Part shown: one piece after another, positions 29,486 through 36,418 of the stretch
Layout: each line of letters opens with the position of its first letter
Numbering within the stretch: position 1 is the first letter of the stretch
From: an uncultured Christensenella sp.
Lineage (GTDB): Bacteria > Bacillota > Clostridia > Christensenellales > UBA3700
Assembly (NCBI GenBank): GCA_910577845.1
Contig: CAJTNA010000007.1
Coordinates: 2,968 to 66,967 of the forward strand
Length of the DNA: 64,000 nt
Reading direction: 5' to 3'
The notes under the pieces: model-generated
Told to the model about the DNA's origin: nothing
Databases searched by the model: none
The model's input: only the letters and a program-made list of their open reading frames with translations
Made by a program: the position numbers and the translations under genes

Positions 29486-29700
29486 CAACAAATTACATAG
29501 AAAGCTATAATTAAATAAGTAAGTTGTAAAATGTTTAAAAATAGATTAATATAAAAGGCTAAAACTACTTAAAAGACAAATAGAATATTATTAAGCAATC
29601 TAGCAATGTTTGCAATACAAGCTTAATAGTTACAAATTCAATAGCAACTAAAGTTTAATATTCAAATGTTGTAAATTTAAAAAATAATGCTATTAAACAA

Positions 29701-29724
29701 ACAAGATACCAGTTGGTATCTTGT
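29701..29724 (+). terminator. Terminator-like hairpin downstream of the surface protein gene
   Basis: acaagatacc / ggtatcttgt perfect 10-bp stem with a 4-nt loop. The T-tract that follows is only moderately T-rich (tgtttatt). Confidence 0.5.
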
Positions 29725-30062
29725 TGTTTATTAGGCATTGCTTTTATGTTTTTGATTTTAATGTGTAAAAGTTTTTAAGATATTAGTTTTGTAATTAAAC
29801 TATTTAAAAATGGTATGTAAAATAATTTTGATAAATTTTTTTGTTGCTCGCTATTATACCATAATACCACAAGATGGCTAATGCTGTCTTGAGGTATTAC
29901 GGTGTATGTAAAGGAGTTTTGTGAGCATATTTGATTTTGTTTGCAATCTATAAATATATTAATATGGATTGCATAAGTTTTAGACTACAAACAAATAATA
30001 AATAACTTAAAATGAAATATTAGTATTACTTTAATTGATAGTTGTTTTAAACAAATTATTGA

Positions 30063-30824
30063 TTAATCGTTTACATTTTCTTTTGTTGTAATTTCAATGT
30101 TTTCTGCTGTGTAATTGTTTGTCTTTTTACGACTAAAACGATTATTTATTTTAGTTTTTGTATTGAAAATAAAAGATTGCAATTTGTTTTTAGATGTACT
30201 ATGTTCACTTTTTTCAATATCATTTGTTGATTTGCTGCCTTCAATGTCTTCTGTTGTAGCAATTTTATTTCCTATTCTACTAAATACATATTTTTTTAAT
30301 GGATAGTATAAAATGCAAATTATGCAACAATTTATTAGGAAAAAACCTAATTGAGGTCCAATTCTGCCAATAAAGTATACCCAAAAAGTTTTTTTGCCGA
30401 TTGCAAAAAACAAATAAAGTCCTAATGTAGTTAAAAAACACGTACATACTAAAAATACAGCTAAAAAAGATAATGCTAACTTAAAATAAAGTTTTAGTTT
30501 AGGTATTTTAAAAATTAGACCAGGTAAAAAACCTATAAATGCTGATGAAATTGTTAAAAGTGGTATCCACGCCATACCTTGGCTATTTATCAAGAAACCT
30601 AGCAAATCGCCTAAGAAGCCTACTAAAAACCCTGCAATCGGTCCAAGAAAGATGCCGGCAATAAAACAAGGAATATAAGAGAATGTTAGTTTTAATGCAC
30701 CATTGCCAATAGGGATATCAAAAGTGTTGCATATAATAGCTATTGCTATTAAGATTGCAGTGTAAGTGATAAAAAGCGTTGTTTTTATCTTGGTGTTGCC
30801 ATGTGTTTTTGTACCATTCTTCAT
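30063..30824 (-). CDS. folT: ECF transporter S-component, folate family (FolT-like) with hydrophilic C-terminal extension
   Basis: Polytopic membrane core (first ~185 aa) with a GPxxGFxVGxxGDLLG motif typical of ECF S-components. Preceded by a GGAGG RBS and a THF riboswitch. The last ~70 aa are hydrophilic. Confidence 0.75.
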   Translation of the reverse strand: MKNGTKTHGNTKIKTTLFITYTAILIAIAIICNTFDIPIGNGALKLTFSYIPCFIAGIFLGPIAGFLVGFLGDLLGFLINSQGMAWIPLLTISSAFIGFLPGLIFKIPKLKLYFKLALSFLAVFLVCTCFLTTLGLYLFFAIGKKTFWVYFIGRIGPQLGFFLINCCIICILYYPLKKYVFSRIGNKIATTEDIEGSKSTNDIEKSEHSTSKNKLQSFIFNTKTKINNRFSRKKTNNYTAENIEITTKENVND

Positions 30825-30885
30825 TAAAAAAAGTACCTCCTAAAAATATTGGAGAGTACCGAGAAAAATTATAAAAAGATATACT

Positions 30886-30982
30886 TACCTCGGATGTGAA
30901 ATACAACCGCAGAGGCTGAACCTCTTTCGTCCATAGTCAACATCCCGTTCTATGGCACTTAACGCTGTATTTCTACTCAGCA
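30886..30982 (-). promoter_or_regulatory. THF (tetrahydrofolate, folT-motif) riboswitch
   Basis: The minus-strand RNA reads CUGAGUAG AAAUACA GCGUUAAGUG CCAUAG AACGGGAUGUUGA CUAUGG ACGAAAGAGGUUCAGCCUCUGCGGU UGUAUUU CACAUCCGAGG. It reproduces the conserved GAGUAG, GCGUUAAGUG, GGGAUGU, ACGAA, GCGG and CAUCCG blocks of the THF aptamer I recall from Eubacterium siraeum. The P2 (AAAUACA/UGUAUUU), P3 (CCAUAG/CUAUGG) and P4 (AGAGG/CCUCU) helices show compensatory pairing. P1 pairing is unclear to me. Confidence 0.85.
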
Positions 30983-30987
30983 ATAGT

Positions 30988-31016
30988 ATTATAGCATATT
31001 GATGATAACCTTGCAA
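30988..31016 (-). promoter_or_regulatory. Promoter for the riboswitch-folT transcript
   Basis: The minus strand reads TTGCAA, a 17-nt spacer, then TGcTATAAT (extended -10). This places the start site at about the first riboswitch nucleotides. Confidence 0.7.
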
Positions 31017-31203
31017 GCAAATTAATATATTTTTTTGCAATAAATGTATAATTATTGGTTATACAAGGTATTTTATTGGATTATGGATATTAATATTGGC
31101 TTAACACTTCATAAAAAGGCATAAAAGAAACTAAAGCAGTAATTGACAAACAATATTAATTATTATATAATAATTATAATAGAATTACCTTATTGAGGTT
31201 GTT

Positions 31204-31524
31204 ATGAGTGAATTTGATAGCAAAGTATATATGGTTGTAAAAAACATTCCAGTTGGATATGTTATGAATTATGCAATGGTGGCAGAACTTGCTGGTTATC
31301 CACGAAGGGCAAGACATGTTGGTAAGGCGTTGCATAATAATCCAGACCCTCAAAGTATCCCTTGCCATAGAGTTGTTATGAAAGATGGTAGCTTAACGCC
31401 AGCATTTGCTTTTGGTGGTGAGGGGGAACATAGAAAAAGATTGGAAGCCGAGGGGGTAACCTTTAAAGGTGATAAAGTTAATATGCAAATTCATTTGCTA
31501 CAGATTAATAGATTTATAAAGTAG
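31204..31524 (+). CDS. MGMT-family protein (single O6-alkylguanine-DNA alkyltransferase DNA-binding/active-site domain)
   Basis: 106 aa. IPVGYVMNYAMVAELAG helix-turn-helix region and a PCHRVV active-site motif with the Cys retained. No N-terminal Ada/Ogt domain. Confidence 0.75.
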   Translation: MSEFDSKVYMVVKNIPVGYVMNYAMVAELAGYPRRARHVGKALHNNPDPQSIPCHRVVMKDGSLTPAFAFGGEGEHRKRLEAEGVTFKGDKVNMQIHLLQINRFIK

Positions 31525-31588
31525 TTTGATTATTAAATAATCGTTTAGTTAATAAAATTGTTAAAATAGCAAATTTTCTTACAACAAA

Positions 31589-31613
31589 TAAAATCTGCAT
31601 TGCGTGGATAAAA
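31589..31613 (+). repeat. Direct repeat copy 1 with DnaA-box-like core (CGTGGATAA, 8/9)
   Basis: taaaatctgcattgcgtggataaaa. The flanks (ttacaacaaa...) are shared with copy 2. Confidence 0.7.
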
Positions 31614-31773
31614 TTTGTAAGTTTAGCATTTAAAATTTATACAAACAATGTTTAGTAAAACGCATAATATTTTTTTAAGAAAATAAGAAAAACTTTCAAT
31701 TTTAGTATAATGCACTAAAATTAACAAGATAAGTGTTATTTAAAAATGATGAGCAATACTGCAGTTACATCAA

Positions 31774-31797
31774 TAAAATCTGCAATATGTGGATAAA
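31774..31797 (+). repeat. Direct repeat copy 2 with perfect DnaA-box complement (TGTGGATAA)
   Basis: taaaatctgcaatatgtggataaa. Confidence 0.7.
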
Positions 31798-31924
31798 CTT
31801 GATAATAATTGTGATTATACATTTCTCTTATTAAGCTGATTGGAATATTTTTGATATAACAATGTAAGACTTGTGGCAGTTTCTCTTGATAAAATTTACA
31901 ACAGATGACATATATTATCAAGCA

Positions 31925-31947
31925 AAAAATCTGCGATATGTGGATTT
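31925..31947 (+). repeat. Direct repeat copy 3 with degenerate DnaA-box-like core (TGTGGATTT, 7/9)
   Basis: aaaaatctgcgatatgtggattt. Confidence 0.6.
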
Positions 31948-32410
31948 GTGTTTATTTGTTCAATATTATTTTGCGGAATTTATAGCATATAACATAATGT
32001 TTTAGAATTTATTGTTAAATATAAATTTGTAACTTAAAAATATTAATAGTTGATAAAATAATTAAGTGATTATGCCTTATGCATACATTTTAATTATATT
32101 ATAAGCATAATAAGAAATTCAACGTATATAATTGAGATTATATTTAATGGCAATAGATTAATTTACATATATATTAAAGATAAAAAGTTGCAGTATTTTT
32201 GTAGCTTGATTAAATTATAATATAGATAAAATAAAATTGTAATTTTGCTTTAAAACATATTTTATAAAGGTATTATGTGGTTAAGACACAAATGCAGTAG
32301 CTTAAAATTATTTTAATATAATTTTATAATTGAATATTTTTTAAAAGTATAAAAACTAATAAAAATTTAATTCAATTGATAAATTTGGATAGATTTAATA
32401 CGGAGTTAAT

Positions 32411-33286
32411 ATGAAAAAAATTAGATATATAAGTATAGCTGTTCTTTTAATGTCGCTTGCGATGCTTTTAAGTGGCTGTAGTAGTAATAAAATAGTAAAA
32501 GAATTGACAGATAAAGGCTATTTTGCTAATAGTTATGATGAAGCTATTTTGCAAACAGACATTTATGGAATAATTTCTAAACATTTTGAAAATGTTGGGA
32601 CTAAAAAGAAAAAGGCAATGCTAATTACTGTTGATGGTATGAGAGCTGAGGGACTAGAGTATATTATGGGTAGTGATTTAGGTATTTCAACTATCTCAAA
32701 AGATGGTGGCTTGTATTGGACTAAGCCAGCGAACTTGGATACTCAGGCAAAAATTGACATTGGTGTAAATTTTTTGAGTATTATAACAGGCGAAGAGCCA
32801 TCTACCTTTGATGTTTTGAAAAAGACGGATGCAAAAAGAGAAGTTCCTTATTCCATTATGGCAAAAGCATCTGAAAAGTACAATGTAAAATTTATTACTG
32901 ATAATAAAAATTATATTGATAGTCAGTTGGCACTTGAGCTAAAAGCAAAAGATTCTCCAAGATTGAGTTATGTAGCTAGCAGTGATTTAAATGGTTTGAA
33001 GAATGATTGCTTAAATAGTATTTCTGACAATGATATACTTGTTGTTGCTACATCTGACCCGTATAATGTGGCACAAGGTAATTATAGTATGAGTAATTCC
33101 GCATATTTATCTGCAATTTTGCACTTAAATTACTACATTGCAGATATTTATGAGCAAATAAAAAAGACAAATGATGATTGGCTTTTTATTTTAGCTACTA
33201 CTTGTGGTGGCAAAAGTAAGCTTGCGTTTGACAAGGAAGAGGGTAATATTTTAACTTTTATGTTTACTAATCAAAAGTTGGGGTAA
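32411..33286 (+). CDS. Lipoprotein, possibly a degenerate alkaline-phosphatase-superfamily fold
   Basis: Signal peptide with lipobox (LLSGC). MLITVDGMRAEGL resembles the first metal-ligand strand of phosphodiesterase/NPP-type enzymes. However, the nucleophile region (SIITGEEPSTF) and the DHG motif look degenerate. The fold assignment is tentative. Confidence 0.45.
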   Translation: MKKIRYISIAVLLMSLAMLLSGCSSNKIVKELTDKGYFANSYDEAILQTDIYGIISKHFENVGTKKKKAMLITVDGMRAEGLEYIMGSDLGISTISKDGGLYWTKPANLDTQAKIDIGVNFLSIITGEEPSTFDVLKKTDAKREVPYSIMAKASEKYNVKFITDNKNYIDSQLALELKAKDSPRLSYVASSDLNGLKNDCLNSISDNDILVVATSDPYNVAQGNYSMSNSAYLSAILHLNYYIADIYEQIKKTNDDWLFILATTCGGKSKLAFDKEEGNILTFMFTNQKLG

Positions 33287-33923
33287 TTAAATTTTGTAGT
33301 TTGTAAGTTAAAAAAAAGAAAATGTACTACAATTATACCTTACATTTGCTAGCACTTGGTGTTAAATTAAAATCTATATAATAATATCATTATGTTTCTA
33401 TAGATATTTTACAAAATTAGTGGATATAATTTTATTTGACTATGACAAATGTGAGTGTTCATACAATTATTAGCAATTATGAGCTTAAAAGTTAATTATT
33501 TTAGGTTTTGTTAATGTGTAATTTATAGTTTTTAATAATTATTTAATCAACATTGAAAACTATTTAAAATTATAATTTTAAAAAATAAAACCTAACACTA
33601 CGCTTTAGTTATTCCTTAAAACATTAGTCAATTTTATGTAATTGCTAGATACAAAAGATAATCTATTAATAAAATATAAATCATAAACCATATTAAGTTT
33701 TTAATATATTTTGCCATTGGTTATAGGGCAAGGAGTAAATTACTGAAAAATTACTTGCTGTTGCGTTTAATTGTTAATAGCTAATGTAACTGCAGTTATA
33801 TAATGTATAAATGAATTAAAATACGATTTTGTTACAATACTACTATAAAATTTGTTGTTAAAAAGAGTATTTTGATTTGATAAATAAAATACTTTTTTGA
33901 TATATAAGGGTTAACAAGGAAAA

Positions 33924-35408
33924 ATGAAAGATAAGAGTACAAAAATAGGTATATTTGAAAAGATAGCTTTTTCTGTTGGGGAGATTTATGGCTCTGGTGG
34001 TGTGGCAATCTTATCGTTATTATATTTATGGTTTTTGATTAATATATTAAAGATTCCTGCAGGTACTGCAGGAACGATTATTATGTTGGCGAGGTTTTGG
34101 GATGCGTTTACTGACCCTATTATGGGTAGTATATCTGATAACACACGGACCAAGTGGGGTAGACGTATACCATACATTTTTTTATCTGGGTTGCTAATAG
34201 TTGTTGCATTGTTTGTACTATTTATGCCTATACAAGGTTGGAGTAGTGTTGCAGGTAAAGTCGCATATGTTGTGTTTGCACATTTATTTTATAGCACTGT
34301 TTCTACAATATTTAATGTTCCTTATTTGTCATTATCCTCAGAGATTTCAGAGAATTTGAAAGAGCGTAACTCTATGAATTTTTTAAGGCTTGCAATGGGT
34401 ATGCTTTCAACTGCAGTATGTTATCTTGTAATATCTGCTCTTAAAGATATGTTGATTATTGACCCAGCTACTGGTGTTGCAAAGCTTACAGAAACCCAGT
34501 TTTCTTTGATTATAGCGGGTGTATTTGCAGTTTTATTTGCTGTTCCTATTATGCTAACAGCCTTGTTTTGTAAGGAAAGAACACCTTTGCCAAGAGAAAA
34601 ACTTAAATTTTCATTTAAAAATATTTTGGCAACTTTTAAGCTTAAGTGCTTTAGACGATTGTTGTTAATGTATGTTTTTTCCTTTGTGTGCAATGAGATA
34701 ATTGCAAATGTTATAATGATGTATGTTTTTAATGTTACTGGTGGTTCAGGTGTGAAAATTTTAGGTTTATCATTATCCGCAATTGCTAATATGTCAATGC
34801 TAATTGGTGCAACTTTGATAATGCCTATATCATTTACAATGTTGCAAAAGAAAGTTGCAAAACCAGTGATATTTATGTGTGGATTGCCTATGTTTATTAT
34901 TGGTGCGATTGGACTTGCGACTTTTCCAACAAATACAAGTATGCCAGCATTAATAATTTTACCGCTTGCTATTGCGGGCTTAGGTTTTGGTATGGCACAA
35001 ATGATACCTTGGTTGGTATTTCCAGATGTTGTTGATGTTGCGGAACTTAAGTCAAATGATAGAAACCCTGGGGCATATAACAGCACAATGACATTTTTTA
35101 AAAAGTTTGCATCTGGTGTAGCAGTGCTTATTGTAGGTTGGGTATTGCAAGGCTTTGGATATAATGAGCAACTTGGTACTAATGAATTGCAATCACAAAG
35201 TGCAGTACTTGGTATGAGATTGATTTTGGGAATTAGTATTCCGTTGTGTTTGATTGTTGCGTTTATTGGTGCATATATGATAAAAATCACTACAAAAAAG
35301 AGTGAAAGAGTAAGGTATTTTGTGGAAAAACAACGCAATGACGAGTTGGATATGTTGACTGAAAGTGAGGTGCAAGAGCTAGACAAGCTAAAGAAGGAGT
35401 TGTTTTAA
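33924..35408 (+). CDS. GPH-family (glycoside-pentoside-hexuronide:cation symporter-like) MFS transporter
   Basis: Signature ARFWDAFTDPIMGSISDNTRTKWGRRIPY between TM2 and TM3. About 12 TM segments, 494 aa. Confidence 0.85.
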   Translation: MKDKSTKIGIFEKIAFSVGEIYGSGGVAILSLLYLWFLINILKIPAGTAGTIIMLARFWDAFTDPIMGSISDNTRTKWGRRIPYIFLSGLLIVVALFVLFMPIQGWSSVAGKVAYVVFAHLFYSTVSTIFNVPYLSLSSEISENLKERNSMNFLRLAMGMLSTAVCYLVISALKDMLIIDPATGVAKLTETQFSLIIAGVFAVLFAVPIMLTALFCKERTPLPREKLKFSFKNILATFKLKCFRRLLLMYVFSFVCNEIIANVIMMYVFNVTGGSGVKILGLSLSAIANMSMLIGATLIMPISFTMLQKKVAKPVIFMCGLPMFIIGAIGLATFPTNTSMPALIILPLAIAGLGFGMAQMIPWLVFPDVVDVAELKSNDRNPGAYNSTMTFFKKFASGVAVLIVGWVLQGFGYNEQLGTNELQSQSAVLGMRLILGISIPLCLIVAFIGAYMIKITTKKSERVRYFVEKQRNDELDMLTESEVQELDKLKKELF

Positions 35409-36196
35409 TGGAAAGAAATTCTTTAACAAAAGTGACTAAGTCGTTGTGCAATGCATTAAACATTAATGCCCCCGAATTTGCAAAGGAAAGTATAGGTTTA
35501 GTTGATAAATTTGTGCAAAAAAAGACGGCTGGTAAAGGTGTTGATAAGATAGTTATTTTTAATCCAGACGCTATTGGTGAGTGGGTTGCAAAAAAATATA
35601 AAAATATATTGCAAAACATTTGGGAAAGTGAGCTATGCGTGCAAATGAGTTCAGTATATCCGCCAAAAACACCAGTTTGCTTTGCTAGTATCTACACGGG
35701 TGGTACTCCGCAAGAACACGGAATTAATCATTACGAAAAGAGGAAAATTGAGATTGAAAGTTTTTTTGACGCTTTAGTGTCAGCTAATAAAAAAGCTTGT
35801 ATTGTTACTGTTGCTAATCAAAGTATGGATATTTTGTTCCGTGGTAGAGAAATAGATTATTATACACTTAAAAATGACAAAGAGGTGGTGGAAAAATCGG
35901 TTGAGTTGATAGCTGACAATAATTATGATGTTATTTGTATTTACAATCAAGAATATGACGATATTATGCACCGCACACACCCTAAATCTTTGCTTGCAAA
36001 AAGTGCTTTAAGGAATTATAACAATAGCTATTGTATGATTAAAAATGCTATTAAAAAGTCATATGTAGGAAAAAAGACATTATTTGCAACAATTACCGAC
36101 CACGGTGTGCATAGAGAGTGGTATTTATTGGGTAACCACGGCAAGGATATAGCTAAGGATATGAATATTTTGCATTTTTATGACATTATTGATTAA
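35408..36196 (+). CDS. Alkaline-phosphatase-superfamily enzyme (type I phosphodiesterase/nucleotide pyrophosphatase-like), cytoplasmic
   Basis: No signal peptide. IFNPDAIG (metal Asp), PPKTPVCFASIYTGGTPQEHGI (Thr nucleophile block), YDDIMHRTHP, ITDHGVH and GNHG motifs. TAATG overlap with the transporter stop. Confidence 0.7.
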   Translation: MERNSLTKVTKSLCNALNINAPEFAKESIGLVDKFVQKKTAGKGVDKIVIFNPDAIGEWVAKKYKNILQNIWESELCVQMSSVYPPKTPVCFASIYTGGTPQEHGINHYEKRKIEIESFFDALVSANKKACIVTVANQSMDILFRGREIDYYTLKNDKEVVEKSVELIADNNYDVICIYNQEYDDIMHRTHPKSLLAKSALRNYNNSYCMIKNAIKKSYVGKKTLFATITDHGVHREWYLLGNHGKDIAKDMNILHFYDIID

Positions 36197-36224
36197 AATG
36201 TTAGTTGTGTAATTTTTATTGCTA

Positions 36225-36253
36225 TTGACAGATTTTGTTTTGTGTTATATAAT
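36225..36253 (+). promoter_or_regulatory. Consensus sigma-70 promoter upstream of the ABC gene
   Basis: TTGACA, a 17-nt spacer, then TATAAT, about 165 nt upstream of the ATG at 36419. Confidence 0.7.
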
Positions 36254-36418
36254 AAAGATATAAAATATAATTTGAAAATTATTGCTTTAATTTAATATTA
36301 TTGTAACATAGTGAAAAAAAATAAATATTAATAAATAAGCTTGTTGGGTAAAAATTTTGATATTTTGACAATAAGAAGTTGTGAAATTTATAATTTTAGA
36401 TTTAAGTAGGGGGGGAGT

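Noticed and set aside
31736-31921. A 61-aa minus-strand ORF spanning the repeat region.
   Set aside because: It has a TTG start without an RBS, is Ile/Tyr/Cys-rich with odd composition, and reads across repeat copy 2. It is most likely spurious.
31589-31947. A CRISPR array, suggested by the three similar repeats.
   Set aside because: The spacings (185 and 151 bp) are far larger and more irregular than CRISPR spacers. The repeats are imperfect, and no cas genes are present.
31525-32410. Chromosomal replication origin (oriC), suggested by the DnaA boxes and AT-rich DNA.
   Set aside because: No dnaA or dnaN is nearby. Genes on both sides are overwhelmingly co-oriented on the + strand, whereas an origin should show divergent strand bias. 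There are only three boxes, all in one orientation. I therefore report it as an unexplained DnaA-box-bearing repeat rather than an origin. A GC-skew analysis of the full replicon would settle this.
34421-35386. A 321-aa ORF on the minus strand, the longest antisense ORF in the window.
   Set aside because: It lies fully antisense to the GPH transporter gene, whose + strand product carries an unmistakable family signature. The minus-strand product is low-complexity (Ile/Asn/Ser-rich) with no motif and no RBS. It is typical of a shadow ORF in AT-rich DNA.
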